Positions 1 through 9,792 of a stretch of 32,000 bases of DNA are shown piece by piece. The DNA lies in NCBI GenBank assembly GCA_027460535.1, contig JAPZAR010000021.1, forward strand, positions 30,279 through 62,278, given 5' to 3'. The DNA comes from Candidatus Methanoperedens sp. Lineage in GTDB: Archaea; Halobacteriota; Methanosarcinia; Methanosarcinales; Methanoperedenaceae. The position numbers and the translations under genes are program-made. The notes beneath the pieces were generated by a model. That model had not been told where the DNA came from. It searched no databases and saw nothing but the letters and a program-made list of their open reading frames with translations. Every line of letters starts with the position of its first letter. The first letter of the stretch is position 1.

Positions 1-1
1 T

Positions 2-256
2 GCGGCACTGGCTGTCGGGGGAGACCGTATAGGAGGCCAGGAACCATCGATCCAGGCAATACTCAACTTTTATGTTATAAATGAGGCCATCCCTGTGGGA
101 GGAGGCTCGTTCGGTGCAAACTTGGGTGGAGCCTTCTGGTCAAGAGACCTCGGTGCAGAGGGGGCAAGGGATGATGAGGAAGGTTTAAAAAGCATGCGCA
201 AGACTGTTAATAGATTGATGAACCTGGCTTCAATGCTGAGAGAAAATAGATTATGA
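2..256 (+). CDS. 3' end of a CDS truncated by the window edge; product not identified
   Basis: Frame 2 is open from the window edge to TGA at 254-256 (...AILNFYVINEAIPVGGGSFGANLGGAFWSRDLGAEGARDDEEGLKSMRKTVNRLMNLASMLRENRL). It is absent from the ORF track only because it has no in-window start. It ends 19 nt before the next same-strand gene. The tail loosely recalls the end of a cobalamin-binding domain, but that is only an impression. Minus-strand ORFs 70..294 and 207..515 look like shadows of it. Confidence 0.4.
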   Translation, partial: AALAVGGDRIGGQEPSIQAILNFYVINEAIPVGGGSFGANLGGAFWSRDLGAEGARDDEEGLKSMRKTVNRLMNLASMLRENRL

Positions 257-275
257 GATAAGAAAAGGTAAAGAT

Positions 276-833
276 ATGACTTTGAAGATCGCATGGGGAA
301 TCACGGGCTGCGGGGACTATCTCAAAGAGAGTATCGAGATAATGGAAGAGCTTACTAAAGAACACAGCCTCGAAGTAAAGGTATTTCTCTCGCAGGCTGG
401 CGAGATGGTGGTGAAATGGTACAAGTTGTACAATGACCTGAAAACCAGTTTCCCCAAAACCTACACTGAAAAATCGCCAAATGTTCCGTTCCTCGCAGGG
501 GATCTGCAGCTCCATAAATACGATTTTATGCTGATCATGCCCTCCACATCCAACACTGTCGGGAAAATCGCGGCCGGGATATCCGACACGCTGCTATCCA
601 GTTCAGCAGCGCAGGCCATGAAAGCGAAAGTGCCTGTCTACATTTTCCCTGCCGACCAGAAAAGCGGTGAGATCACCACGGATCTGCCAGGCGGCAAGAA
701 GCTGACTCTGACAATGAGAGATGTTGACCTCGATGCTGTTGATAAGCTTCGAAAAATGCCGGGTATCACTGTGCTGGGACACCCGGATGAGATAAGGGAT
801 ATCATAAAAAGGCATATCGAAAGCAAAAAATAA
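276..833 (+). CDS. afpA: Flavoprotein-family protein, archaeoflavoprotein AfpA-like (dihydromethanopterin reductase family)
   Basis: 185-aa ORF. It has an N-terminal KIAWGITGCGD flavin-binding loop and an MPSTSNTVGKIAAGISD segment typical of the Flavoprotein (PF02441) fold. Size matches archaeal AfpA. Family call is from motif memory, not a search. Confidence 0.55.
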   Translation: MTLKIAWGITGCGDYLKESIEIMEELTKEHSLEVKVFLSQAGEMVVKWYKLYNDLKTSFPKTYTEKSPNVPFLAGDLQLHKYDFMLIMPSTSNTVGKIAAGISDTLLSSSAAQAMKAKVPVYIFPADQKSGEITTDLPGGKKLTLTMRDVDLDAVDKLRKMPGITVLGHPDEIRDIIKRHIESKK

Positions 834-834
834 A

Positions 835-1365
835 TTAGCGCTTCTCGTATTCGAAATAACTGCAGGCATTATCGGTGCATCTGATTATTTTGCCTTTTAC
901 AGTATTTTTTATTATTTCAAGCTCGATAGCGCTTGGTTCCGCTATTCCCGGGACTGTGGCGCTGCCTGGCGAAATGAGAAGAACATCGGTTTTTTCAACA
1001 ATGGGGTGGTGGAAATGCCCGAATATCAGAACGTCAACGTTCATCTCTTTTGCAAGGTACCGGAGCCCGTCAGTACTCTCGGAGGTCAGCTGCCCTTTGT
1101 GTATGATGCCGACTCTTACACCTTCCACTTTTATGACCCTGCGCTCCGGGAGGAAATCCACGAGAAGGGGACTGTCCATGTCTCCATGGACCGCTATAAG
1201 TTTCCCCAGACCGCGAAGTTCGTTGTAGCATTCAAGGGTTTCAAAATCCCCTGCATGGATGATGATGCTTGAGCACCTGATGATAGAGATCAGTTCCCCG
1301 GGAAGCTGTGAGAGCAGGGACTGTCCGGGCTTGATATGCGTATCCGACAGGATGGAGATTTTCAT
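835..1365 (-). CDS. Calcineurin-like metallophosphoesterase, MJ0936/YfcE size class
   Basis: Motifs ILSDTHI, HAGDF, VHGDMD and IFGHFHHP are the metallophosphoesterase metal-ligand set. I moved the start to ATG at 1365 (MKISILSDTH); the ORF-track start at 1416 adds an unconserved 17-aa leader. Confidence 0.8.
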   Translation of the reverse strand: MKISILSDTHIKPGQSLLSQLPGELISIIRCSSIIIHAGDFETLECYNELRGLGKLIAVHGDMDSPLLVDFLPERRVIKVEGVRVGIIHKGQLTSESTDGLRYLAKEMNVDVLIFGHFHHPIVEKTDVLLISPGSATVPGIAEPSAIELEIIKNTVKGKIIRCTDNACSYFEYEKR

Positions 1366-1381
1366 ATTATCATTGGATTGG

Positions 1382-2722
1382 TTATTTTGCAGCAGTTGGA
1401 AGCAAACATTTTGCATTCAACCACTCGTCGATCACATCTTCCAGCTTAATATCCACTTCCTCGATCATGTACCTGACCCTCACGACAGGCTTATTGAGCT
1501 TCAAAAGCCTGCCAAGATCAATAGGAGTTCCCGCTATCACAACATCGCAGTCCGCGGCATTAATCGTCGTTTCCAGCTCTTTCATCTGGGTTGGGCTATA
1601 ACCCATAGCGGGAAGCACAGCGCCAAGATGTGCGAAATCCTCATAGACCTTATGTATCGAGCCAACGGCATTCCTTCGCGGGTCGATCACTTCCTTAGCT
1701 GCGTATTTCTTTGCAGCTATTATCCCCGCGCCAAAGGACATTCCGCCGTGGGTGAGGGTGGGGCCGTCCTCAACAACGAGAACCCGCTTTCCCTTTATCA
1801 GCTCGGGGCTCTCCACAGTCACAGCCGACCTGGCTTTTATTATCAATGCTTTCTTATTTATGGATCTGACATTCTTAATGACAAGCTCCACATCCTCTTT
1901 CCTTGCCGAATCCACCTTATTTACAATGATCACATCTGCAAGGAGCACATTGACTTCCCCGGGATAATAAGTCAGCTCATGTCCGGGCCTGAGCGGGTCC
2001 GCAATCACGATATGGAGATCCGGCCTGTAAAAAGGGATATCGTTGTTACCGCCGTCCCAGATGATAATGTCCGCTTCCCCCTCCGCTCTTTTCAGGATCT
2101 TCCCAAAATCGACACCGCTGTAGACAACAGTTCCGCAGCAGATGTATGGCTCATATTCCTCTCTCTCCTCGATGGTGCACTCGTTCCGGACGCAGTCTTC
2201 CATAGCGGCAAATCTCTGGCATTCCTGCTTCAGGAGATCGCCATACGGCATCGGATGGCGTACAACCACAACGTTGAATCCTTTTGCCTTCAATATGTCC
2301 ACCAGCTTTTGCGATGTAGGGCTCTTGCCAGAACCCGTTCTCACCGCGCATACGGAGATCACGGGTTTTTTGGACTGAAGCATCGTGCTTTTTGTCCCCA
2401 TCAGCCTGAAATCGGCTCCTGCAGCCAGCACCAGGGATGCTTTCTGCATGACCGTCTCGTGCGGGAGGTCGGAATAAGCCAGAACAACCTGGTCTATGCC
2501 ATGTTCTTTTATGAGATGCGGTAATTTCTCTTCGGGGTATATGGGGATGTCTTTAGTATACAGGGGACCCGCCATTTTCCTGGGATAAGACCGACCGGCT
2601 ATTCCAGGAATCTGTGCTGCGGTGAAAGCCACCACCTCATAGTCCTTATTATCCCGGAAAAAAACATTGAAATTATGAAAATCGCGTCCTGCTGCACCCA
2701 TTATTATAACTTTTGTCTTCAT
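1382..2722 (-). CDS. Uncharacterised P-loop protein, COG2403-like predicted GTPase
   Basis: 446-aa ORF with an N-terminal IIMGAAGRDFHNFN segment and a Walker A (CAVRTGSGKS). This resembles the archaeal predicted-GTPase family of unknown role. Its stop lies 16 nt upstream of the phosphoesterase start on the same strand, so an operon is likely. Confidence 0.6.
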   Translation of the reverse strand: MKTKVIIMGAAGRDFHNFNVFFRDNKDYEVVAFTAAQIPGIAGRSYPRKMAGPLYTKDIPIYPEEKLPHLIKEHGIDQVVLAYSDLPHETVMQKASLVLAAGADFRLMGTKSTMLQSKKPVISVCAVRTGSGKSPTSQKLVDILKAKGFNVVVVRHPMPYGDLLKQECQRFAAMEDCVRNECTIEEREEYEPYICCGTVVYSGVDFGKILKRAEGEADIIIWDGGNNDIPFYRPDLHIVIADPLRPGHELTYYPGEVNVLLADVIIVNKVDSARKEDVELVIKNVRSINKKALIIKARSAVTVESPELIKGKRVLVVEDGPTLTHGGMSFGAGIIAAKKYAAKEVIDPRRNAVGSIHKVYEDFAHLGAVLPAMGYSPTQMKELETTINAADCDVVIAGTPIDLGRLLKLNKPVVRVRYMIEEVDIKLEDVIDEWLNAKCLLPTAAK

Positions 2723-2888
2723 GAACTAACCTCAGTATTTTGATTATTTCCAACAGATTTAATTGTATTGTATATTGAAGAATTGATCGGTCCAGACGAT
2801 GAGCGAGACCCTTTGCGCCATGAATTACCTTCGAACAAATATTCACCAAAATGATTATGCTTGCTTTGAACAATTACCACAGCAAGCA

Positions 2889-3386
2889 ATGAATAGTAAG
2901 AGCATCAGTAAAATCTCAGGAAGAGTATGGAAATTCGGGGATAATATAGACACAGATGTTATTATCCCTGGCAAATACCTGCGCACAACAGATATGAGCT
3001 TATTTGCAGCCCATGTAATGGAAGGGATCGATCCCCAGTTCTCGAAAAAGGTGAAAGAATGTGATGTGATCGTGGCAGGAAAGAATTTCGGATGCGGCTC
3101 GTCCAGGGAACAGGCGCCACTGGCCTTAAAGCATGCAGGTATCAGGTGCATTGTGGCAGAGTCGTTCGCGCGGATCTTTTTCAGGAATGCCATCAACGTA
3201 GGTCTTCCGATCATAGAAGCCAAAATAGAATGCGAGGAGGGCGATATTATTGAGATAGACCTTGAAAAAGGGACGGTAAGAAATAAGGAAAAGACCTATC
3301 CAGGGACCAGGCTTCCGGATTTCCTGCGAGATATCCTGGCGGACGGCGGACTTGTGGAACATCGGAAAATGAAGGTGCAGCAATGA
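2889..3386 (+). CDS. hacB: Aconitase-family dehydratase small subunit (3-isopropylmalate dehydratase / methanogen homoaconitase small subunit, LeuD/HacB family); loop favours HacB
   Basis: Swivel-domain motifs [29 protein letters not shown] and [13 protein letters not shown] are present. The substrate loop reads YLRT, the form described for the M. jannaschii homoaconitase small subunit, rather than the Val-Tyr form of isopropylmalate isomerase. I set the start to ATG 2889 (MNSKS...); the ORF-track start at 2799 adds 30 unconserved aa. Confidence 0.85.
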   Translation: MNSKSISKISGRVWKFGDNIDTDVIIPGKYLRTTDMSLFAAHVMEGIDPQFSKKVKECDVIVAGKNFGCGSSREQAPLALKHAGIRCIVAESFARIFFRNAINVGLPIIEAKIECEEGDIIEIDLEKGTVRNKEKTYPGTRLPDFLRDILADGGLVEHRKMKVQQ

Positions 3387-4258
3387 TTTTCCCGGCAGAT
3401 TATAAAAGTGTGGGTGTGACAAGGACGGATCCGACGGAACGAATTGGATGTCCGATATATTTTTCAACAGAATACCTGATCTCAGACATGCCATCAGGAT
3501 ATTCCATATTTAAGGTTAAGAGTGATGGGGAAGGATTGTTGAAAAAACTTAACTCACTTGAACTGATAGCAAAAGGTCAACAGATAAAAAAATTTGATGA
3601 AAAACTTGATTCTCATGACAGGACCAGGCTTATCGAGTCGGCAATTCCGATTTGCAGGGGAAAGATAAACACCGTCATTTTTGAAGGTCTGGACAGGCAT
3701 ATCACTTTTGTGCAGGACCCGAGCCTTCACGAGGTTATGGAGATTGAGATAATCGACCTATCACCCCCGGAGCCGCCATGGCTTGCTTTTGCCATCCAGA
3801 GACTTGTAAAGAGCGGTATTCTGGGCGAATTGAATATAAGGTTCACCACGAAGCTGATCGACCTTCGAATATTCGAAGGGGAAAAAATGGTCTTCCCATG
3901 CCATGCTTCAGAACTCAAGGGAAAATATCTCGATACAGATATCGATATCGAAAACAATTCCGAGCTTGTGGGATGCGATATCTCAAAACAGATATTTGAA
4001 CTGCGGTTCCCGAACCTTACTTATAAGCACATCAACATGTGCCCGCTGAAGGCAGAGCTGTATATGCCTACCAGGCCATTCATTACACGATGCTGCCAGA
4101 GCAAGAAATCCGGGATGGTGAACATCAACGGCATAGATGGCGCGGTGGTACACTGGGGGGCATCTGAATACGATATCGTGGATGCGATCAGGATGCTGGT
4201 AAAAGTTTTAAGAGGCAATAAGGAAAACGATAAGATAATTGATCAGATGATAAAATGA
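3383..4258 (+). CDS. Hypothetical protein, 291 aa, no recognisable family
   Basis: Long ORF whose start overlaps the upstream stop (ATGA at 3383-3386) and whose stop overlaps the downstream start (ATGA at 4255-4258). Composition is the same as its neighbours. I recognised no catalytic or nucleotide-binding motif. Confidence 0.7.
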   Translation: MIFPADYKSVGVTRTDPTERIGCPIYFSTEYLISDMPSGYSIFKVKSDGEGLLKKLNSLELIAKGQQIKKFDEKLDSHDRTRLIESAIPICRGKINTVIFEGLDRHITFVQDPSLHEVMEIEIIDLSPPEPPWLAFAIQRLVKSGILGELNIRFTTKLIDLRIFEGEKMVFPCHASELKGKYLDTDIDIENNSELVGCDISKQIFELRFPNLTYKHINMCPLKAELYMPTRPFITRCCQSKKSGMVNINGIDGAVVHWGASEYDIVDAIRMLVKVLRGNKENDKIIDQMIK

Positions 4259-5262
4259 AGATCGCAGTTGTTCCGGGAGATGGCATAGGAAGAGAGGTCG
4301 TACCCGCAGCACTGTCCGTGCTCGATGCATTTGATCTTGATATCGAAAAAATACCGCTTGATATCGGTTATGGAAAATGGGAGCTGACGGGAAGTGCTAT
4401 CACCGATGAGGATATAGAAATCCTGAAGGAGTGCGATTGCGTCATATTCGGAGCAATTACTACCCCGCCAGACCCTGGCTATAAGAGTGTATTGGTGCGC
4501 ATCAGAAAAGAACTTGATCTATACGCCAATATACGCCCATTCACACCGTTGCGAAAAGTGAGGTTACCCTGTGCCAGGAAGTTCGATTTTATTATCGTGC
4601 GTGAGAACACTGAAGGCATGTATTCAGGCAGGGAAGAATTGCACGAGGATGCTGCATACACTACGCGAGTTATAACCCGCAAAGGGAGTGAAAGGATCGC
4701 AGAGCGAGCATGCATCATGGCAAAACACGGGAAAAAGCATATAACCATAGTGCATAAGGCGAACGTATTGAAATCGGATTCATTTTTCCGCGATATATGC
4801 ATCGGTGTTGCAAAGAAAAACGGGATATCATACGGCGAAATGCTGGTGGATGCAATGGCGTATGATCTGATCCTGCATCCGGACAAGTTTGATGTAATAG
4901 TGACTACGAATCTATTCGGGGATATCCTGAGCGATGAAGCCGCTGCCATGGTCGGAGGGCTTGGTCTTTGCCCGAGCGCCAATATCGGCGACTGCTATGC
5001 GCTTTTCGAGCCCATCCACGGCAGCGCGCCGGATATTGCGGGGAAGGGTATTGCCAATCCGATTGCAGCTATCCTGAGTGTCAGGATGATGCTTGAATGG
5101 GCTGGAAAGGCCAGGGAAGCAGAGTCAATAAACCGGGCTGTGGATGATGTTCTTAAGCGGGGGATAGTAACACCTGACCTTGGGGGTTCTAATTCAACTG
5201 CCGATGTATCGAACGCCGTCGCAGAATCGGTTAGCAGATTTATAGGAGAGCACCAATACTGA
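4255..5262 (+). CDS. aksF: Isopropylmalate/homoisocitrate dehydrogenase family protein (beta-decarboxylating dehydrogenase); short archaeal AksF-like type
   Basis: Motifs seen are [15 protein letters not shown] at the N-terminus, FGAITTP...LDLYANIRP, IVRENTEGMYSG, NLFGDILSDEAA and HGSAPDIAGKGIANP. The GAITTP form (not GAVGGPKW) and the hacB-type neighbour favour homoisocitrate-type AksF over LeuB, but substrate cannot be fixed from sequence alone. Confidence 0.85.
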   Translation: MKIAVVPGDGIGREVVPAALSVLDAFDLDIEKIPLDIGYGKWELTGSAITDEDIEILKECDCVIFGAITTPPDPGYKSVLVRIRKELDLYANIRPFTPLRKVRLPCARKFDFIIVRENTEGMYSGREELHEDAAYTTRVITRKGSERIAERACIMAKHGKKHITIVHKANVLKSDSFFRDICIGVAKKNGISYGEMLVDAMAYDLILHPDKFDVIVTTNLFGDILSDEAAAMVGGLGLCPSANIGDCYALFEPIHGSAPDIAGKGIANPIAAILSVRMMLEWAGKAREAESINRAVDDVLKRGIVTPDLGGSNSTADVSNAVAESVSRFIGEHQY

Positions 5263-5446
5263 AAATGATGGTTTGTAGAATTTTGCTACCAACCACGTAA
5301 ACTATAAGTGTATATTAATCATAAAAGGTTTATAAAAACTGCGAAGCGATAAACCCTAGACCAGCAGCTATGAACAAAAAACGGAAGAATTTATCGGCTG
5401 TACCAATCGGACCTCGTTATCCGTGGAATCCGCAGGAGGATAGGGG

Positions 5447-7987
5447 GTGACTGGCGATAGAAGTGCAAAACCATGGTTTCCAGGTTTTGGAGGATTAATA
5501 GGAATCAGTATAGGACTTGCAGCAATTGCCTGGGTTCTGGATTCAATTTTAGATTCTGTTATATTCCATAATGGAACTATTCTTGAGCAAATACTATCCC
5601 CAACTATCAATGAAATCGTGGTCAGGGTTTTATTTGGGTTTGTTATAATCGTGTTCGGTACCTACACACAGTTGAACATGGACAGGCGCAGGCGGGTGGA
5701 AGAGGCGCTGCAGCAATCCGAAGAAAAATACCGGATGCTGGTTGAGAATATCCAGGACGGCGTATTTATTATCCAGGATGCTAAATTTCAATTTGTCAAT
5801 GAAGCAGTTGCAAGAACGGCTGGCTACCAGGCGGGGGAACTTATAGGCAGGGAATTCAAGGATTTAGTTGCACCCGAGGATTTGGCAATGGTAGCAGGCC
5901 GCTATTCTCGAAGGCAGGCTGGAGAAAATGTCCCGTCGGAATATGAATTTCACATGATGCGTAAGGACGGGGCAAAAATCGTTGTCAATATGAATGTGGG
6001 GCTTGTAGCTTATCACGGCAAGGTGGCAAGTATGGGGATTTTGAAAGACATCACTGAACGAAAAAAAGTTGAGAAGGAAAAGGAAAAGCTCATTAAAGCA
6101 ATTAATAGCAGTACCGACGGAATCACGATTGCAGATGAAAAAGACCGTTATATCTACGTAAATGCAGCATATGCTAAGACTTTTGGCTATGCCCAGGAGG
6201 AGCTTGTTGGAAAGACCTGGCGGGAAATCACGCCTCCTGAGCTGATACCTCCAACTGAAAAAGGATTGTCCGGCACAATGCACAAAAAGGATATCGGCGT
6301 ATTCAACGGAGAGGTTCCGGGGCTTCGGAAAGACGGCACTGAAATCCCCACGGAAGTCAGGGGCACGGCTCTCTGGGATGAGAACGGCAATTATGTAGGA
6401 CATATTTGCATCGTAAGAGATATCACAGAGCGCAAAAAGGTGGAAGAGAAGCTGAAACTATTATCGGAAGCTGTGGATGAAGCCCTGGATGGAGTTATAA
6501 TAACAGACCTGAATGGTTTCAATATCTATTCGAACAAGGCTGTAGAAAATATCTACGGTTTTTCCAGCGATGAATTAAAGAGTAAGCATGTCAGCGAACT
6601 GAATTCAGACCCCGAATTTACGGGGAGGGTGATACTCCAGAATATAATAACGAAAGGAAGATGGGCCGGGGAATTCATGGCAAAGAAAAAGAATGGCCAG
6701 GAATTTCCTATCTGGCTGACTGCATCCATTGTCAAAGATGACAAAGATAAACCGATAGCAATGGTCGGTGTCATCAAGGATATCACCGAACGCAAGCATA
6801 TAGAAGAGGTTTTGCTCGAAAAAGAGGAACGGTACCGGAGTCTTTTTGAAGATTCTCCGATTTCACTATGGGAAGAAGATAGTTCTGGTATTAAAAAATA
6901 CATTGATGCTCTTAAAAGTAAAGGGATTGAAAATCTGAGAACATATTTTGACAGGCATCCGAAAGAAGTTGCCCTGTGTGCAAGCATGATGAAAGTGCTT
7001 GATGTAAATAAAGCATCAATAAATTTGTTCAAGGCAAAAAGTAAAATCGACCTTATAGACGGTTTGGAGAATATCTTCACAGATAGGTCATACGAAACTT
7101 TTAAAGATGAACTTATTGCGATTGCTGAAGGTAAAACCTCCTTTGAAAGCGAAGATATTGTTAAAACATTAACAGGCGATAAGATTCATATCAGCATGAG
7201 ATGGGTTTTAACTCCCGGCAATGAAGAAACATATTCGAAAAGATTGGTCTCTATCGTAGATATCACGGAACGCAAGCGTGCAGAAGAAGAAATAAAGAAA
7301 TATACAAGAGAACTTGAGGAATCAAATCGCATGAAAGAACTTTTTGCAGATATCATGCATCATGACCTTTTGAATCCACTCAATACCGCCAACGGCTTTA
7401 TTGAACTTCTTAAGGAAAATGAGACAATATCAAGGAAAAAAGCCTACCTTGAGACCATTGAAAGAAGTCTTGTAAAGGGAATGGAACTCATAGATAGCGC
7501 CATGAAATTTTCAAGATTTGAGAATTTGAAAAGTATTGAACTGGAAGAGCTGGATTTAAAAAATGTTATTGAAGGAGTCATTGAAGCCCTCACCCCGCTT
7601 GCGGATAATGCGGGAATTGAAATCGTGAACCGCATAACTTTGGATTTGCCTGTGAAGGCCAGTAAAATAATCGAAGAGGTTTTTTCAAACCTCATTTCCA
7701 ATGCCATAAAATACGCATCATCTGGTAAGAGAATAATTATAGAAAGCGAGGATAAGGGAGAAAACCTGCAAGTCAGGGTAATAGATTTCGGGGAAGGTAT
7801 AAAGGAAAGAGATAAGACCGTGATTTTCGAACGATTCAGGAGGGGAGGAAAAAAGGGCGTTAAGGGTTCAGGTCTCGGTCTTGCCATTGCGTGGAAGATT
7901 ATGGAATTACATAACGGGAGGATATGGGTTGAAGATAATCCCGAAGGCGGCTCTATTTTTATCGTGGAGATTCCAAATCTAAATTAA
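5447..7987 (+). CDS. Membrane-anchored multi-PAS sensor histidine kinase
   Basis: GTG start. There are two N-terminal hydrophobic segments and then tandem PAS-like modules, each closed by a DITERK linker (four occurrences). These are followed by an H-box (IMHHDLLNPL), N-box (LISNAIKY), G1 (VIDFGEGI) and G2 (GSGLGLAI). Confidence 0.9.
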   Translation: MTGDRSAKPWFPGFGGLIGISIGLAAIAWVLDSILDSVIFHNGTILEQILSPTINEIVVRVLFGFVIIVFGTYTQLNMDRRRRVEEALQQSEEKYRMLVENIQDGVFIIQDAKFQFVNEAVARTAGYQAGELIGREFKDLVAPEDLAMVAGRYSRRQAGENVPSEYEFHMMRKDGAKIVVNMNVGLVAYHGKVASMGILKDITERKKVEKEKEKLIKAINSSTDGITIADEKDRYIYVNAAYAKTFGYAQEELVGKTWREITPPELIPPTEKGLSGTMHKKDIGVFNGEVPGLRKDGTEIPTEVRGTALWDENGNYVGHICIVRDITERKKVEEKLKLLSEAVDEALDGVIITDLNGFNIYSNKAVENIYGFSSDELKSKHVSELNSDPEFTGRVILQNIITKGRWAGEFMAKKKNGQEFPIWLTASIVKDDKDKPIAMVGVIKDITERKHIEEVLLEKEERYRSLFEDSPISLWEEDSSGIKKYIDALKSKGIENLRTYFDRHPKEVALCASMMKVLDVNKASINLFKAKSKIDLIDGLENIFTDRSYETFKDELIAIAEGKTSFESEDIVKTLTGDKIHISMRWVLTPGNEETYSKRLVSIVDITERKRAEEEIKKYTRELEESNRMKELFADIMHHDLLNPLNTANGFIELLKENETISRKKAYLETIERSLVKGMELIDSAMKFSRFENLKSIELEELDLKNVIEGVIEALTPLADNAGIEIVNRITLDLPVKASKIIEEVFSNLISNAIKYASSGKRIIIESEDKGENLQVRVIDFGEGIKERDKTVIFERFRRGGKKGVKGSGLGLAIAWKIMELHNGRIWVEDNPEGGSIFIVEIPNLN

Positions 7988-8953
7988 TTTAATCAATGCA
8001 AACGCTATAGCACCTGCAAGGAGCGGGGATATGACCCAGGCAATCAGTATTTTCTTCACAGTATTGCTTTTCATTATATGCATCCCGCTATTGGCGCATC
8101 CGATACCAATGATCCCTGAAGCCACGATCTCGCCAAGTGATACAGGGATCCCAAGGATTGAGGCTGCATGGACAATTATAGCGGATGTGAATTCCACGAA
8201 CACGGCTCGAATTACACAGAGTTCGCAGATATCTTTTCCAACGGTATCCAGTACCCTGCCGCCCATGAGAAGAGCGCCAAGGCCGATCGCAAGACCAGCA
8301 AAAATCTCACCGTAAGTCACCGGGATCTGGCCAGCTCCAACAAACGGTCCTACTATGATGCCTGCATGATTGGCCCCTGCAGAAAACGCCACGTAGCAGC
8401 CTGATATGGTCAGAAGTACATTCAAGGATTTGCGTATCGAAGCTTCTGAATCATGATGGTCTGCAAGCCAGACCAAAATGTTAGTGTAAAGATATTTCCC
8501 CATAAGGTACGCGAGCAACCATGCAACAATGGGCGTAACAACCCACCAGACCATGATCGTTGCAAGAAGCGGAGTATTCAATTTAGATGCTCCGTAGAAA
8601 AATCCGATACCAATGACCGACCCAACAGCAACCTGGCTTGTGGATATTGGGACACGCAGAAGATTTGCCAGAAAAACGGTGGCCGCTGATGCCCCCACAG
8701 CAATGATGGCTCCTTTAATCAATATTGTGCCGGGAGGGAGAATTCCGCTTCCAAGGGTTTTAATAACTTCTCCACCGCCTAATACAGCCCCAAGAACTGC
8801 GAAAACTCCGATTAGTACTACCGCCTGATATTTTGTGCGGACTTTTGCCCCATAAGCGGCACCCATCGCAGCAGCAGCATTATTGCCGCCGATATTTATT
8901 CCCATAAAAAGAGCAACCGCAAGCGCGGCGAGTAAAGTTATTGTAAATATCAT
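7979..8953 (-). CDS. Inorganic phosphate transporter, PiT/PHO4 family
   Basis: 324-aa polytopic hydrophobic protein. It carries duplicated PiT-type signatures (GINIGGNNAAAAMG near the N-terminus, FSAGANHAGIIVG in the second half). Its 3' end overlaps the convergent kinase gene by 9 nt. Confidence 0.8.
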   Translation of the reverse strand: MIFTITLLAALAVALFMGINIGGNNAAAAMGAAYGAKVRTKYQAVVLIGVFAVLGAVLGGGEVIKTLGSGILPPGTILIKGAIIAVGASAATVFLANLLRVPISTSQVAVGSVIGIGFFYGASKLNTPLLATIMVWWVVTPIVAWLLAYLMGKYLYTNILVWLADHHDSEASIRKSLNVLLTISGCYVAFSAGANHAGIIVGPFVGAGQIPVTYGEIFAGLAIGLGALLMGGRVLDTVGKDICELCVIRAVFVEFTSAIIVHAASILGIPVSLGEIVASGIIGIGCANSGMHIMKSNTVKKILIAWVISPLLAGAIAFALIKLI

Positions 8954-9036
8954 AAGAAATGTCCCAAATCGAGCTGACTACTATTCTATAGTTAATATAA
9001 CGTACCGATACAGGCAAAAATTGACCCAAAATATAC

Positions 9037-9789
9037 TCAGGCTGTAAGCCTGTCAACCAGTATCCGTCCCTCTTCGGTTTTGAATATGGGGGGATCCCAC
9101 TCCTGAATTATTTTTGTCCTCTCTGCTTTTACATCTATTCTTCTAACAGGATCGTATCCGAGTTTTTCATAGACTTCCCTGTATATCAATATTCCACATC
9201 TCTGCCACACTGGTGTTTCCGCAAGGTTGATCCCATGTCGGAACACCAGTTCGTGTACTTCGCTTGCCTTCATGTTCTTGAGCCGCTGCGCAGCTTCATT
9301 TTCAGAGAGCCCGGTCTCACGCAGCGTGTAATACCCGTAGGAACTCACATGGTTCCTCCAGGTCTCGGCCTGTCTCCATAAAAGGTATTTATAAATATCT
9401 TCTTTGCCAAGGGGGATAATTCTTGAATCGAATGCTATCGGATTTTGCAGATTCAACTGGATGGTAAGCGCCGAAGAGATGAAAGCAGGTATTATTGAAT
9501 CGATCTTCTCGATCCTGTTATTATACGGTATTTCATAGAAAAAAAGATTGATCTCATCTGAAAATGTGAATGCAATTAACGGATTTAAGCCGCTGTCCTT
9601 AAAGAATACCTCTACACAATTCGCCATGGCACGCGCGAATCTTTCATCGTATGGTTTCTTAAGAGCCAATAAATCAAGCGCGCGCCTGAACCCGCGCCCA
9701 TCGATCCTGACTGCAAAAGGAGGGAAAACCTTAAGATCGGAATATATCTCCCGATCTTTCATTTCTTTTTCTGAGAAACCTTTGCTCAC
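9037..9789 (-). CDS. tRNA(His) guanylyltransferase Thg1-like protein (3'-5' nucleotidyltransferase)
   Basis: Thg1 palm-domain motifs FAVRIDGRGFRR and FTFSDEINLFF are present. Size (250 aa) is typical of archaeal Thg1-like proteins. Confidence 0.8.
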   Translation of the reverse strand: MSKGFSEKEMKDREIYSDLKVFPPFAVRIDGRGFRRALDLLALKKPYDERFARAMANCVEVFFKDSGLNPLIAFTFSDEINLFFYEIPYNNRIEKIDSIIPAFISSALTIQLNLQNPIAFDSRIIPLGKEDIYKYLLWRQAETWRNHVSSYGYYTLRETGLSENEAAQRLKNMKASEVHELVFRHGINLAETPVWQRCGILIYREVYEKLGYDPVRRIDVKAERTKIIQEWDPPIFKTEEGRILVDRLTA

Positions 9790-9792
9790 GGC

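Noticed and set aside
1259-2524. 421-aa plus-strand ORF
   Set aside because: It is antisense shadow of the well-supported COG2403-like gene on the minus strand. Its composition is low-complexity and it has no motifs.
4479-4982. 167-aa minus-strand ORF inside the dehydrogenase gene (likewise 14204..14779 inside the helicase, 6553..7080 and 5864..6403 inside the kinase, and 24567..24959 and 24970..25443 near or inside hsdR)
   Set aside because: All are antisense to genes with strong motif support and have biased, motif-free translations.
5263-5446. Possible tRNA or small RNA in the 184-bp gap before the kinase gene, and in other gaps (8954-9036, 10087-10183, 15139-15267)
   Set aside because: I found no cloverleaf-compatible stems or GTTCGAATC-type T-loop by eye. 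The gaps are AT-rich and promoter-like. A tRNAscan or Infernal run would be the proper check.
5447-7987. Recurring DITERK-encoding segments as a nucleotide repeat family
   Set aside because: They are the conserved PAS-domain linkers of one kinase gene, so the similarity is protein-level modularity and not an independent DNA element.
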